From Mobula hypostoma (taxonomy: Eukaryota), in contig NC_086108.1 in assembly GCF_963921235.1 (NCBI RefSeq), forward strand, positions 11,532,001 to 11,596,000: a stretch of DNA of 64,000 nt. Direction: 5' to 3'. A model generated the notes under the pieces. The model made no database searches, was not told the origin of the DNA, and was given only the letters and a program-made list of their open reading frames with translations. Of the stretch, positions 36,520-50,527 are shown piece after piece (positions within the stretch are counted from its first letter, which is position 1; each line of letters opens with the position of its first letter). The position numbers and the translations under genes are program-made.

Positions 36520-38366
36520 TGTAAGACTTGAGGGGTAGCTATGTAAATCCTCATGGGCCCCAGCTATGCCTGGCACTTTAACAGTCTATGTTCCAAGCCT
36601 TCCCTGGTAATGCTCCCCAACTCTTTCTCTGCTACATTGATGACTGCGTTAGTGCTGTTTCATGCACCCAGGCTGAGCTGGTCAATTTCATCAACTGCCA
36701 CCCTGCCCTTAAATTCACTTGGTCTATTTCTGCCACCTCCCTCCCCTTTCTCAATCCCTCTCTCTCCATCTCTGAGACAAACTTTCTTTTAATGTCTTTT
36801 ATAAACCTACCGATTTCCATGGCTGTCTTGACGAGACCCTATCTCCTGCAATAAAAATTTATTCCCTTTTCTCCATTCCTTCACCTCCAGTACATCTGCA
36901 ATTTTCCTTTCCAGGACAACAGAGATGTTTTCCTTCTTCTCTCCCTCTACCCCAGATGTTGCCCTCACCAGCATCTCCTCCATTCCCCAAACGTCTGCAC
37001 TCACTCCATCTTCCCACTGCCTTACCAGTAACTGAGTCCCTTGTGACCTTATTTACCACCCATAAGTCTCTGCATGCAACACATCATTCTCCACAAATGC
37101 CACCATCTTCAACAGGATCCTACAACCAATCATATCTTTACCTTCCTCTCTCCACCCCCACCCCCCCTCATGGCTTTCCGCATGGATCGCTGCCTCCGTG
37201 ATTCCCTTGTCCACTCATCGCTCCCCACTAATCTCCTTCTGGACACTTATTCCTGCAAGCGGCCAAAGTGCTACACCTGCCCATTCACCTCCATTCAGGG
37301 TCCCAAACAGCCCTTCCAGGTGAGGCAACACTTCACCTCCGAATCTGCTGGGGTCATCTATTGTGTCTGGTGCTTCTGATGCGGCCTCCTCTAAATTAGT
37401 GAGACCTGTTGTAAATCAGGGGATAACTTTGTAGAGCACATCCTCTCCATCCACCAAAAGCAGAACTTCCAAATGGCCAAACATTTTAATTCTGATTCCC
37501 ATTCCCATTCTGACATGTTGGTCCATGGCCTCTTCTTGTGCCAAGTTGAGGCCAACCTCAGGGTGGAGGACTTATTGCCCGTTACACCACTGGTATTTAG
37601 GGCAACAATGAAGGTCCTCCATCTCTGGCATGTTCGGGGCTTCCTTCATCATGTCAGTAGCTTCTGCTCCCTTTTCACTACTGTCAGTCAAGCAAGTTCC
37701 AGGTGGAGACTTAGGAATACCATCACACTCAACTGTAGAGGGCTTCTTCATTGCTGCTTCCTAAACAATTTTGCCTTACCAGTCAGACAAAACTGAGCTG
37801 AACCTCCAAACCTGGAAGACTGCTAGACCACTCTTAGTTTGTCCTCTACCCTTTGACCTTTTTCACATGAGTGACCCTACCAAGAGCCAAAGCATGGAGC
37901 CCTGACTCCAGCCAGCATGGTTCTCTGGGTCACTGAGGCACACAAACCTCCGAACCATGGCAAGAGTGTGATCCTCCTGGAGGCATGCCTCGTAGTCTGT
38001 TAGGGTAACCTCCAACCTGATGGTATGAATTTGATTTCTCCTTCCAGTAAAAATTATTCCCTCCCCCTCCCTCCCTTCTATTCCTCATCCTGACCTCCTA
38101 CCTCATCTCATCTGCCTATCACCTCCACCCTGGTCCCCTCTTCCTTCCCTTTCTCCTATGGTTCAATCTTATCAGATTCCTTCTTCTCCAGGCCTTGACG
38201 TTTTTTCACCCACTTCCAGCTATCCCCCTTCCCCTTCCCCTACCTTTTGATTCTACCATCTTCCCCTTCTTTTCCAGTCCTGATGAAAGGTCTCAGCCTG
38301 AAACATCGACATTTCCATAGATGCTGCCTGACCTGCTGAGTTCCTCCAGCACTTTGTGTGGGTTGC
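36520..38366 (+). mobile_element. Penelope-like element, degenerate, with a SINE-like insert at ~37570-37985
   Basis: MGPSYA and YIDD RT remnants, FQVRQHFTSESAGVIYCVWC GIY-YIG start, pLTR with hammerhead motif at 38277-38310. Confidence 0.8.
38277..38310 (+). ncRNA. Minimal type I hammerhead ribozyme motif (Penelope pLTR)
   Basis: GTC-CTGATGA-A-AGG-TCTCAG-CCT-GAAA-C-ATC-GAC. Confidence 0.6.
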
Positions 38367-39054
38367 TTACAATGAAGCTGAGATTCCCAGAGTATGAAGA
38401 ACATTCCCATGATGCAGATGCATATTACAACAGGCAATAAAGCTCTGGCACACTGGCACAGTGGGCAGGGGTGTCCCTACATGGCCACCGTAACTCAGGT
38501 TAGATCTTACCTTAGGAATTGTCTGTGTGGAGTTTGCAGCTCTCTTGATGACCAGGTGGAATCCCTCCAGGTGCCCCCCATATCCCAAAAGTGTCTGGTT
38601 GGTGAATTGGCTCTGGTAAATTGCTGCTTATGTGTAGACGAGGGGAGGGTGTGATTTGGGGGTTGACGATTGTGTTGCCTTTCTTTCCTTTCTTGGTTTC
38701 ATGGCTACCTGGAGAAGAAGAATTTCAGAGTTGTATACCTTGATAATAAGTGAAGCTCAGAAACAGTGAATCTTTGAGGAGTTGATGGGAATGTTGTGAG
38801 GTGGGAGTTGGGCTGTACCAACTCAATGGGTCGAAAAGCACTTTTCCATGCTGTATCTCCCTATGACACCGGATGTGGAGCCCCTTCAGAGAATGACTCA
38901 ATATCTAATTCACCCCCTTCACTTGTGTCTTCATTTCCCCCATCCACCTATCTTTGCAGAGATCTGTTGTCCTTGGTGTCTAGTTGGTGGTGTGCAGGGA
39001 TCTCTGGATCATCACTCTGCAAGTGAGTCTTCGAATCATTGAAAAGTATACCTA

Positions 39055-39567
39055 GTACATGCCAAAACATTGAAACTGCCAACTCCCATCGACCTGCACT
39101 GGGACCATAGCCCTCTATACCACTACCATCCAGGTACCTACCCAAACTTCTCTTAGATGTTGAAAACTTGCGTTGGCAGCTCTCTCCACACTCGCACCAC
39201 ACTCTGAGTTTCCACTCATGTTCCCCTTAAATCTTTCACCTTTCACCCTTAACCATGACCTCTAGTTGAGGCCCCACCCAACTTCAGCGGAATAAGCCTG
39301 CATATCTTTACCTTATCTATACATCTTATAATTATGTACTCCTCTATCAAATCTCCACTCAAACTTCTACATTCCAAGGAATAAAGCCTTAACCAGTTCA
39401 ATTTTTCCTTAAAACTCAGGTCCTCCAGACCCAGTAACATCCTTGTAAATTTTCTCTGTAATCTTTCAGCCATATTTACATCTTTTCTGGAGGTAGGTGA
39501 CCAAAACTGCACACAATACTCCAGATATGGCCTCACCAATGTCTTATACAACTTCAGCATAACGTCC
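39055..39567 (-). mobile_element. CR1 LINE 3' end
   Basis: LYKTLVRPYLEYCVQFWSP...ERLQRKFTRML. Confidence 0.8.
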
Positions 39568-42099
39568 CAGAGAGTGTTCTGTATCGCCCGAAGCAGCCTC
39601 CTTGAGGTGAACATTGGACGGCAGGGGCACAATAAGGGTCACAAGTTGCTGCTGGAGTAGGAACAGAGAATTACTGGTATGTCAGGCAAAGTTCAGAGCC
39701 AGCAGATGGAGAACTTAGCTCCATTACTGTATATCTCCACAGCAAATTTATTGTCATGTTCACTAGAGGGAAAGCAATGAATAAGTAATCGTTTCCATCA
39801 ACAATGAGGTTGGTGTTTCCTTTGCTCGATGGAGTTTGCTAGTTTATGCAGCACTGGGCTCTTTGAGACATGCATTATTCAAGGTAAGGCAAGGCCACCA
39901 GTGGCTCAGGCTTGGCCACTGACATTGGACTGATTCAGCTGGGAAACATTTACTAGAGGGGGTTCAGTGGTTCAGTACTTCAATGGTTCAATTTAATAAC
40001 ATAGAATGTATACAGTATACGACCTGGAATTCTTACTCTTCACAGACATCCACGAATCAGAAAAAAAAACACCAAAGAATGAATGACAGAAACATCGGGA
40101 CTTCTGAAGCCCCCTCCCATGCACAAACAACTGTGAAAGCATTGACCTTCTCCCCCATGCACCAGCAAAAGCACTGCCAACCCCCCTCACCCCACCACCC
40201 AAGCAATAGCAAAGTCCTCAAAGAGAACTTGATCGAGAGCTTATCAAAAACTGTAGTCCATCCCAACACTTCGGTATCTCTCAACAGCGAGGGACAGAGA
40301 GAGAGATCGCCTCTGCAGCAACAACCAGAGCAGTAGACCGGCAGCTCGTTGTTCTGACGTTACGATCTTCTGAGCCGCTTCTCCAAGCCCCCCACGACTT
40401 GGGCACAAACAGGAGAGAGAGAGAGAGAAAGAGAGAAAGAGAGAGTGCACCCGGTTGTTTTAGGATTCAGCACTGCATGATTGTCCTTCAAGCTGCTCCC
40501 AGGGCCCCAAGATGGAGGTGAGTGGTGGGTGAAGGTGTGGGGAGGAGGCAGTGGGTGAGGACGTGGGGAGGTGTGACTACCTCCACATAAGTTGGTATTG
40601 GAGCTATAATGGAGATGCTTTACTTTTCTTCACTACACAGCAGCCGCCAGTTTAGAAGATTCCACCTGCCTGAATTGGCCTGCGGTCCATGTAGGTGCTG
40701 TGTGATACAAAGACTGCTGTGGACCTGCACGAACACTGTCCCTCAGTGCAACCACTCTGATGGGTCAGTACTCGTTCTGAGGAGTTCAGAATAACACCGA
40801 TGTCCTTCTTCATAGGTACTTCGCCCCTCTCCCACTGCTGCTTGTGAGAAGTTTGAACCGTTTGGGTTTCCTCTGGGTACTCTTGTTTCCTCTCACAGTC
40901 CAAAGATGTATCGGTTGATAAGTTAATTTGTCATTGTAAATTGTCCTGTGATTAGGCTAGGATTAAATCAGGAATTGCTGTGCGAGTGGCTTGAAGGGCC
41001 GGAAGGGCCGATTCTGCGATCTGTTTCAAAAACTACAATAATTATCCAGGTCCGCAAGCTAACTCATCTTCTGTTCCCAGGGGTACACTCAAAACTCACA
41101 TATATGCATTGCTTCAAATTTTCTGTTTTATTTCACATTTCCAGCACCTGCAGTTTTTGTTTCAGTTTTCATTTAAAAGATCAAAGTTCAAAGTACATTT
41201 ATTATCACAGTATGTATACTTCATACAACCTTGAGATTTGTCTCCTTACAGGCAGCCACAAAACAAAGAAAACTCATTTTAAAAAGACTGTCAAACACCC
41301 CAGTGTGCAGAGAGAAAACAAGCAAACTTGCAAACAATAAAAGCATGCAGGGAAAGTCCACGAAAGAGAGTCTATCTGCAGACACGATTCTACAGCCTCA
41401 GTGCAGTGCAAAGCTGAGTAAACATCGTGGAACAACAAGCTGAACCAGCCCATCCCTCGCCTTGGTCCCCAACACCGTGACTTTTCAATCTATCCCGGCA
41501 CTTAAATCATCGTCCAAACATTGGGTGCAGTCGCTTTGATATGCTTTGGGGCATAGACACCGCCGCCTTGATTCGGCTGTTTCCTAACCTCCAATTCAAG
41601 CTAGGACTGATGTCAATGAAACTTCGGGGTTTGTTCTCAGCAACAGGCTCACTGCTGCATTTTTGCTGTCTCGCCTCGTCTCCGTTCTGCCACATTGAAT
41701 TGCCTCCAAGTCCAAAGGAAAGTTACACGCTACCACTTGCGGTGATTGTTTGTCAGAAAAAGTGAGATTACCAAAGTATTTAGTTGTTTTCTTTATTTCG
41801 TTGGCCACCAGCAAGTAGTTACTGATCTTCAGCAGTGCCATCTGAAACCGCCCTTCCCGCGTAAGGGTCTCTGTGAAACACACAGACTCCTCATGGGGCT
41901 CATCGGGATGGGGGATGCTTTCTCTAACAAGAGGTGTCTGGAACTAAGGGGTCACAATTTCAAAATTATTAATCATTGGGCTGTGCAGGCTTACTCACTG
42001 AGTACATTCAAAGCAAACTTCAAGAGGTTTTTAGACATGAAGCGAATCAAGAGAAATGGGGTCAGTGCAAAATAAGGGTACAAAAGTAAAAAAAGTCAG

Positions 42100-43250
42100 C
42101 TGGATTTGAGATGTTATGCTGAAGCTTAATTGGTGAGGCTTTATTTGGAGTATGGTGTGCAGTTTTAGTCACCTACCTACAGGAAAGATGTAAATAAGGT
42201 TGAAAGAGTACAGAGAAAATTTACAAGGATTTTTCCAGGACTGGAGGATCTGTGTTACAAGGAAAGATTGAATTCCTTGGAATGTATACGATTGAGGGGA
42301 GTTTTGTGTAACGTTCAGTTATATTGGCTCGTGTATGTCAAGAGGAAATCCAGCCCAGCACCTGCCTCAACACTCCCCACAGGGTCGGTGGCCGCCCGAA
42401 TCAATCACAAACATCAATCATCAGCCAGCACACACAGTAAATTTTAATAAATACACTTTATGGATATTACTAATTCTATGACATTAATATACATTTGATA
42501 CAGAGAGGAAAGTAATGAAAAAAAAGGCACCAACACTTATCAAAGTCCAAAGTCCAAGTTCTTCGCGCGCTACCGTTGGAGCTCAATTCGACTTCAGACG
42601 ACCACCCGAATTCTGTCCACTCACGGCTCGGGACCACCCTTAGTGATCGACCGGAGCCTCTCCGCACGTCCGCGGTCCTCCTCGTCTCTCCTCCGACTCC
42701 CCGCCAAAACTCAGTCCACGGTCACATCATACAGCACGGTATCCGAAAACAAAACGATACATAACCACCCATTGGCTAATAGAACCCTGCTATCTCAATT
42801 TAAAGTAAAACAAACTGCTAGCGCAAACTCTCTTCAGCGTTAAAGCACAACAAAGCCACATTCCCCAGATTAACATAACAAAGTCGCCATTTTAAATGTA
42901 ACAAAAGAAAGACCCCATACATTTGATTGAGGTATACAAAATTTTGATGGGTATAGATAGGGTAAATGCAAGCAGGCTTTTTCCACTGAGGTTGGGTGGG
43001 ACTACAACTAGAGGTCATGGGTTAAGGGTGAAAGGTGAAAAGTTTAAGGGGAACATGAGAGGAAACTTCGTCACTCAGTGGATGGTGAGAGTGTGGAACA
43101 TTTAAGGGAAGTTTGGCTAGGTACTTGAACGGGAGGATTGTGGAGGGCTATGGGTCTGGGTACAGGTCAATGGGAATAGGCAGCTTAAATGGTTTGGTAT
43201 GGACTAGATGGGCTGAAGGGCACTTTGCTGTGCTGTACTCTTCTCTGAGT
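42100..43250 (+). mobile_element. CR1 LINE 3' end interrupted by a solo LTR
   Basis: EYGVQF*SPTYRKDVNKVERVQRKFTR; frame resumes after 42921 as LIEVYKILMGIDRV. Confidence 0.8.
42307..42921. mobile_element. Solo LTR, family B
   Basis: TGTA...TACA ends; 4-bp TSD tttg (42303-42306, 42922-42925); splits a CR1. Confidence 0.75.
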
Positions 43251-44299
43251 ATAGAATAATTCTGTGGGTCTTGGCTTTTATTTCTTAATGTTCCTATGTT
43301 CGACCACCATGGATTCTCACTTGGACAGAGTGTGAGAGAGTGTGAGAGACAGGAGATGGAAGCTCACAATAATTGAAGGGCTTGGCATTTTCTCCAGCCA
43401 CCAGCAGCTCATTAGTTACTGAAGGGGAAGCCTGGCTGAGTTAATTGAGAAGTAAAGGAACCGTAGTAGTGAGCTTAACTTCCTCGACTGACTGTTTACA
43501 CAGGGCAAACATCGAGGATTGCAAAGTGAACAGTTGTAATGTTACAGCAGTTGGATATTATTCAATCAATATAAATTATCAACGTGACTGCACAAATCAA
43601 TGGAGTTCCTGATGCAGTTCAGACAGGCAGACTACATCAACCCACCAAAAGAATATTCTGTCCTCGATCAGAAACACAGATCCAGTGTTTGATCCAAGGC
43701 ACAAAGAATGTTATCAAATGTGGATGAAATAATAAATTATTTTACAAAGACTGCTGGAAAGAAATATTGGATTTCTTAACCAGCTCTCCTGACTTGAGTT
43801 GACTTTTCAATATCAAACAATGGCATGCTGATCTACTGACTGCAGGAGGTGTAATTGGGTTGTTGTAGAACAACCAGTGTCTTTGACCCATCTATTTTCT
43901 GTTGTCTCATAGGTCGCTGACTCCAGCAGACCTCATATCTCAGCTGTATTCACCCTTCAGGTATGGCTGCTAGCTCGAGGCTCACTGGTGGTTTGGTTAG
44001 CGTTGGGAGGTGTTACAAACATCCTGATTCAGCCCAAGCTCTCCGACAGGGTCCTGTTTTCCCCCTCAGCCCCAGCTTAGGCAATTTGGAATATCATTAT
44101 CACCACTCCCACCCTATAGTTCAGTGCGGTGCTTGACTGCAGGTTAATGCAGCCCATCAGCCAACCTTTTAATTGGTACAATATTGTGCCAACCTTTTAA
44201 TCTGCTCTAAAATCAATCTAACCCTTCCCCCCTACAGGTTCTGAGTTGAGTTGTTTACCCCCACCTCAGAAGTCTAAATCACTTAGTATGTAGCTGATA

Positions 44300-45012
44300 A
44301 GCCATAAGGCCATAAGATGTAAGAGCAGAATTAGGCCTTCTGGCCCATTGAGTCCTCTCCGCCAATTCAACATGGCTGATCCATTTTCCCTCTTGCCCCA
44401 TTCTACTGCTTTCTCCCCGTAGACCTTCATGCCCAAACCAATCAAGAATTTATCAACCTCTGCTTTAAATATGTGTAAAGACTTGGCCTTCACAGAATTC
44501 CACAGATTCATCACTCTCTCACTAAAAAATCCCTCCTCTTCTCTATTCTAAAAGGACGTCCCTCTATTCTGAGTCTGTGCCCTCTGGTCTTAGACTCCCC
44601 CACAGTAGGAAACATCCTCTCCACATCCACTCCATCAGGCCTTTCAACATTCAATAGGTTTCAATGAGGTCACCACTCATTCTCCTGAATTCCAGTGAAT
44701 ACCAGCCCAAAGACATCAAACGCTCTTCAAATGACAAGCCGTTTAATCTGGAATCATTTTCATGAGCCTCCTTTGCACCCCCTCCAGAGTCAGCATGTCC
44801 TTTCATGGATAAGGGGTCCAAAGCTGCTCACAATACTCCAAGTGAGGCCTCACTGGTGCTTTATAAAGCCTCAACATTATATCCTTGCTTATATTTTCTA
44901 GTCCTCTTGAAATGAATGCTAACATTGCATTTGCCTTCCTGGAATTAACCTATAGGGAATCCTGCACAAGGATTACCCAGCCCTTTACGCCTCAGATTTT
45001 AGAATTTGTTCT
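44300..45012 (-). mobile_element. CR1 LINE 3' end
   Basis: (cataag)n tail; same family as 4856-5362 and 53610-55030. Confidence 0.75.
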
Positions 45013-45155
45013 CCAAGAGGCCAAGAGTTCTCCTCCTTAGTCACTGAAGTTGTGGTAGAACTCAAGTCTCTCCCAATTCAGATGATCAAATCATAACTCT
45101 ATGGTGGGAAGTCCTGTGGACAGAAGAAGACCTGGTCCACGTGCACTGTCCTTCC

Positions 45156-45571
45156 CGTTTTGGGGGTTAGAACACAAAACAAAATATTAGTTTCAGCAAC
45201 TAACTTCAGCCACTCATCTTTAGATATGAACATGGACTGTAGATTAAATTTAAAATGCAACTCTGGACAATAGGTTTCTAGAGCTATTAATTGAAAAGTC
45301 AGACAATGTGGATTAAAATTAATTTTGGGTGCCTGGAGTGTGGGTGCAAAGAAGGAGGTGTAAAAGTTATATGTAATTCAAAAGAAGCATTGTAAATATA
45401 GAATTGTCCCTTGATCTTTAGCATGTAAAATCTCATGTAACATTGGGTCATGCAGACCTCTTCCTCCAAAAGGGTCTCAATATGATGCCTGCTGTGTCTC
45501 ATATTGCTGAATAAAAGACTACTTCATATCTACTCTCTATGTCTCTCCAGTGCTTTGTTCACATTACAACA
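45156..45571 (+). mobile_element. Solo LTR-like repeat, family C
   Basis: Homologous to 62179-62596; AATAAA near 3' end; ends acaaca; flanked by cttcc direct repeat. Confidence 0.6.
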
Positions 45572-46099
45572 CTTCCCAATGCAGCCATGCATGTTTGGAG
45601 TAAGCACCTCCATCACTACGGCACGACTTAGTATCACTTGGCCTCAGGACCTTCACGGTACCCTGTGTTACTGACAGCAGAGACCTCTGCCCTGGCTAAA
45701 TTCCTCATTCTGGGTGGCGGAACAGGTAAAACTCCGATGCCAGTTGCTGGAGGCATTTGGAAATTTACAATAAAAGATCGGGCTGGATTTCGGAAGTATT
45801 GTAGCGGTGTGCTACACACAGTGCTAGTCGGTGAGTTGGAGTTGCGATGAAAGAGATTTATTCAAACTTCGTGGCCTGCTTCAAAGCCTTCCCGTTCCCG
45901 CTCTCGCTGGGTGGGACTGCTGTGGGGAATGCATATTCCCAGACCCTTTCCGCGCGCGGGATTTTCCCCCAGCTGGTGAAGATGGCCTGGCGCCCTTTTT
46001 GCTGCCGGCCCTCTACCTGCGCATGCTGTTTCGTGAGCCGGTTCGTGTGTGCTAGAAAGTGGGTCGCCACATAACCCCCCCCCCACCCCAGAACCGGCG

Positions 46100-47180
46100 A
46101 TACCTCCCCCAATGTCCACAGTCTGGATCGGCCTTTGTTTGGGAGGTCTGCCCCTACGCCGCGGTGCCTGAGCCTGGACCGGCTGCGTCAGGTCCACATA
46201 GGCCGGTTTGAGTCGGTCCACCGTGAAAACCTCCTCTCTCCCCCCAATGTTCAGCACGAATGTGGACCCGTAGTTCCTGATCACCTTAAACGGCCCCTCG
46301 TAGGGCCGCTGTAGCGGTGCCCGGCGTCCGCCCCATCGTACAAAAAGAAACTTACAGTTCTGCAGGTCTTTGGGTACGCAGGTCGGGCTCTGTCCGTGCT
46401 GTGAAGTGGGTATGGGGGCCAGGTTACCGAGCCTCTCCCGTAGTCTCTCCAGGACTGCTGCGGGTTCTTCCTCTTGCCCCCTTGGGGCTGGGCTGGTATG
46501 AACTCTCCTGGGATGACCAGGGGTGCGCCATACACCAACTCGGCCGACGAGGTGTGCAGATCCTTCTTGGGCGCAGTGCGGATTCCGAGCAGGACCCAGG
46601 GAAGTTCGTCCACCCATTTAGGCCCTTCCAGGCGGGCCATGAGAGCCGGCTTTAGGTGACGGTGGAAACGCTCCACAAGCCCGTTTGACTGTGGGTGCTA
46701 GGCAGTTGTGTGGTGTAGCTGTGATCCTAAAAGTCTGGCCATAGCCGACCACAGGCTGGAGGTGAACTGGGCGCCCCTGTCGGAGGTAATGTGGGCCGGT
46801 ACCCCAAAGCGTGCTACCCAGGTTGCGATCAGTGCTCGGGCGCAGGATTCGGAGGTGGTGTCGGTGAGCGGGATCACCTCTGGCCATCTGGTGAACCAGT
46901 CTATCATAGTTAGGAGGTACTGAGCTCCTCGCGACACTGGGAGGGGCCCCACGATATCCACATGAATGTGGTCAAACCTCCAACGGGTGGGTTCGAACTG
47001 CTGCGGTGGAGCCTTGGTGTGCCGCTGCACCTTGGCCGTTTGGCACTGTGTGCACGTTTTGGCCCATTCACTGACCTGTTTACGCAGCCCATGCCACACG
47101 AACCTGTTGGAGACCAGCCGGATGGTTGTCCTGATGGAGGGTGCGCTAAGTTGTGAATGGACTCGAAAACCCGCCAGCAC
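46100..47180 (-). pseudogene. Gypsy integrase, disrupted
   Basis: [41 protein letters not shown] (GPY/F) in different frames; stop at 46698. Confidence 0.85.
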
Positions 47181-48412
47181 CAGGCTGCTGGGACGACGGG
47201 GCAGGGTTGGCCGGTAGCCACGTCACACAGGAGGGTCCTCTCACCTGGGCCTACGGGGAGGTCTTGGAGCTGCAAACCTGGGACTGCAGCCCTGTAACTG
47301 GGGATCTCAGCGTCTCCCTGCTGTGCCTCTGCCAGTGCTGCATAGTCCACCCCCTGGGACAGGGCCTGTATGGTAAGTCTGGAAAGTGCGTCCGCCATGA
47401 CGTTGTCCTTTCCCAAGACATGCTGGATGTCCGTCGTGTACTCGGAGATGTAGGACAGATGTCGCTGCTGGCGGGATGACCAGGGGTCGGACACCTTAGT
47501 GAATGCAAAGGTAAGCGGTTTGTGGTCTGTGAACGCGGTGAAGGGCCTAGCTTCTAAGAAGTACCTGAAATGCCGGATTGTCAGGTATAGTGCCAATAGC
47601 TCCCGGTCGAAAGCACTGTATTTGAGTTCAGGTGGTCGTAGGTGTTTGCTGAAGAACGCCAGGGGTTGCCAGCGACCCTCGAGTTGTTCCAGCACTCCAC
47701 TGACTGCTGTGTTGGATGCGTCCACAGTGAGGGCAGTAGGAACGTCCGTTCTGGAGTGCACTAGCATCGCGGCGTTTGCCAAGGCTTCTTTGGTTTTAAC
47801 GAAAGCGGCTGCGGCCTCTTCGTCCCAGGTAATGTCCTTGCCCTTACCCGACATCAGAGTGAACAGGGGGCGCATGGTTCGGGCTGCTGAGGGGAGGAAA
47901 CGGTGGTAGAAATTCACCATACCCACAAATTCCTGCAAGCCTTTGATTGTGTTGGGTCGGGGGAAGTGGCGGACCGCGTCTACCTTGGCGGGCAGCGGGG
48001 TTGTCCCGTCTTTAGTAATCCTGTGGCCCAGGAAGTCGATGGTATCGAGTCCAAAATGGCATCTGGCTGGGTTGATTGTAAGGCCGAATTCGCTCAGGCG
48101 GGAGTAGAGCTGGCGGAGGTGGGACAGATGCTCCTGCCGACTACTGCTGGCTATGAGGATGTCGTCCAAATAGATGAATGCAAAGTCCAGATCGCGTCCC
48201 ACCGCGTCCATTAGCCGCTGGAACGTCTGTGCAGCATTCTTTAGGCCAAACGGCATTCGGAGGAATTCGAAAAGTCCGAACGGGGTGGTGAGTGCTGTTT
48301 TGGGGATGTCGTCCGGATGTACCGGGATTTGATAGTATCCCCGGACGAGGTCTACCTTGGAAAAGATCCTTGCGCCATGTAGGTTTGCTGCGAAGTCTTG
48401 AATGTGCGGCAC
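46910..48412 (-). CDS. Gypsy RT + RNase H (500-aa frame, frameshifted at both ends)
   Basis: [64 protein letters not shown]. Confidence 0.9.
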   Translation of the reverse strand: MPHIQDFAANLHGARIFSKVDLVRGYYQIPVHPDDIPKTALTTPFGLFEFLRMPFGLKNAAQTFQRLMDAVGRDLDFAFIYLDDILIASSSRQEHLSHLRQLYSRLSEFGLTINPARCHFGLDTIDFLGHRITKDGTTPLPAKVDAVRHFPRPNTIKGLQEFVGMVNFYHRFLPSAARTMRPLFTLMSGKGKDITWDEEAAAAFVKTKEALANAAMLVHSRTDVPTALTVDASNTAVSGVLEQLEGRWQPLAFFSKHLRPPELKYSAFDRELLALYLTIRHFRYFLEARPFTAFTDHKPLTFAFTKVSDPWSSRQQRHLSYISEYTTDIQHVLGKDNVMADALSRLTIQALSQGVDYAALAEAQQGDAEIPSYRAAVPGLQLQDLPVGPGERTLLCDVATGQPCPVVPAAWCWRVFESIHNLAHPPSGQPSGWSPTGSCGMGCVNRSVNGPKRAHSAKRPRCSGTPRLHRSSSNPPVGGLTTFMWISWGPSQCREELSTS

Positions 48413-48599
48413 AGGGTAGCGGTCTGGTGTTGTAGCCTCGTTCAGTCTGCGGTAGTCACCTCATGGTCTCCAGCCCCCTGTTGCCTTAGGCACCATGTGC
48501 AGGGGGGAGGCCCAGGGGCTGTCAGACCGTCGTATGATCCCCAATTCCCTCATCTTCTTGAACTCCTCCTTCGCCAGTCAGAGCTTGCCCAGGGGAAGC

Positions 48600-49832
48600 C
48601 TTCAAGCACGGGCGTGGAGGGGTGGTCCCTGGGTCGGGATGTGGTGCTGTACTCCGTGTCTGGGCATGGCTGCTGTGAACTGCAGTGTCAATACTGATGG
48701 GAAATCCGCCAGGACCCTGGTGAATTCGTCGGACAGCGTGATGGAGTCCAGATGTGGGGCTGGCGACTTTGCTTCACCCAGGGAGAACGTTTGAAAAGTC
48801 TTGGAGTGGACTAGCTGCTTCCCTTGCAGGTCGACCAGCAGGCCTTGAGCTCGCAGAAAATCCGCCCCCAGGAGTGGTTGGGTCACTGTATGAAGTCCCA
48901 CATGAACCAGCTGGAGCTGAACTGTAGCCGCACCATGTGGGTGCCGTAGGTTCGTATTGTGCTGCCATTTGCAGCCCACAGGGTGGGTCCCGGTTCTCTG
49001 TTGCGGGTATCATAACTCGTTGGAGGTAAGACGCTGATCTCCGCTCCAGTGTTGACCAAAAAGCGGTGTCCCAACTGCTTGTCCCAGACATATAGGAGAC
49101 TGTCCTGATGACCATCTGCCGTAGCCATCAGCAGCGGCTGGCCCTGACATTTCACGGGAATTTGCAGGGCGGTCTACAGCGGCGGGCCTCTGTGCCCCAC
49201 CGCTGGTGGTAGAAGCACCATTGTTCGTTGGGCTCCTCACTCCCATCGCCAGGTTTTGTAGGCTCTGCTGCCGGGCCTGGTCTGGTCTGTCGTTGTGCAC
49301 GCGGCTTGGTGATCTGTGCGACGGATGCCCCTCTCTCTTTCCTGGCATTCCACAGCACATCTGCTCGGGCCGCCACCTCCCGGGGTTTGCTGAAATCTGC
49401 GTCGGACAGCAGCAGGCATATGTCCTCGGGCAGTTGCTCTAGGAACGCCTGCTCAAACATGAGGCAGGGTTTGTGTCCTTCAGCCAGGGCCAGCATCTCG
49501 TTCATTAATGCTCACGGCGGCCTGTCTCCCAAACCGTCCAGGTGCATTAAGCAGCGTGCTCGTTTGCGCCGTGAGAGTCCGAAAGTCCTTATGAGCAGGG
49601 CTTTGAATGCTGTGTATTTGCCGTCCTCCGGGGGCAACTGTATAAACTCCTCAACTTGTGCAGCTGTCTCCTGGTCGAGAGAGCTCAGCACGTAGTAGTA
49701 GCGAGTGGACTACGAGGTTATCTGCCGAATGTGGAATTGTGCTTCTGCTTGTTCGAACCACAGACGGCATCGCAGCAGCCAAAAGCTTGGCAGTTTCAAC
49801 AAAACTGTGTGAACAGATGCGGCGTTGGTCAT
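48600..49832 (-). pseudogene. Gypsy gag and protease, disrupted
   Basis: LKLPSFW...WFEQAEAQF gag N-terminus, CFYHQRWG...CRPPC motif, protease FLVNTGAEIS and LLGADFL; several frameshifts. Confidence 0.8.
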
Positions 49833-50527
49833 CTCTGGTCCAAATATCGTTTGGGCCGACGGGGTCACCAATTGTAGCGGTGTGCTACACACAGCGCTAG
49901 AATAACCACACGTAGTCGGTGAGTTGGAGTTGCGTGAAAGAGATTTGTTCAAACTTCGCGGCCTGCTTTAAAGCCTTCCCGTTCCGGCCCCCCCTGGGCA
50001 GGACTGCTGTGGGGAATGCATATTCCCAGACCCTTTCTGTACGCGGGATTTTCCCCCCGCTGGTGAAGATGGCCTGGCGCCCTTTTTGGGGCCAGCCCTC
50101 TGCCTGCACACGCTGTTTCGTGAGCCAATTCGTGTGTGCTAGAAAATGGGTCGCCACAGTATCATCCTTACTCCCTGGAATCAGTAGTGTTCCCAGGTGA
50201 AATGTTGAGCAGTTCCTGGTCATTCTACACCTCTAGGTATCCCTCAAATGGTGATGTACCATAACTGCTCTCCAATCATGTTGCTTGCTTTGTTCCTGCT
50301 GAGACAAACCCCTCAGTGAGAGATCTCCTTGATTAAGAAGGGACACAGTGTTGATGGAGTTGCCCTGCTGCTGAATCCAGAGATTAATGGTACTTTCTTT
50401 GTTTAGTTTAGTGTTTCATTGTTGATCAAAATTAAACTTTCAATCACATTGGTGTCACACGAGCTGCTCATACCAGACTGTGCTGGGCTCCTCATACCAT
50501 TGAACTTGACTTACAGCTCACTGCTAA

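Larger units (their letters stand above)
45800..50158 (-). mobile_element. Full-length Ty3/Gypsy LTR retrotransposon, decayed
   Basis: Paired LTRs 45800-46071 and 49873-50158 (TGT...ACA); 4-bp TSD gtat; PBS TGGTGACCCCG (tRNA-Trp-like, 49860-49870); G-rich PPT at ~46075-46089; order gag-PR-RT-RH-IN with frameshifts. Confidence 0.95.

Noticed and set aside
38960..39022. Possible 63-nt cassette exon (tttgcag|...aa|gtgagt)
   Set aside because: No homology support; likely a pseudo-exon.
43913..43960. Possible 48-nt cassette exon (ctcatag|...cag|gtatgg), open in the host phase-2 frame
   Set aside because: No similarity to the family protein that I can recognise; such site pairs occur by chance in long introns; needs RNA-seq.
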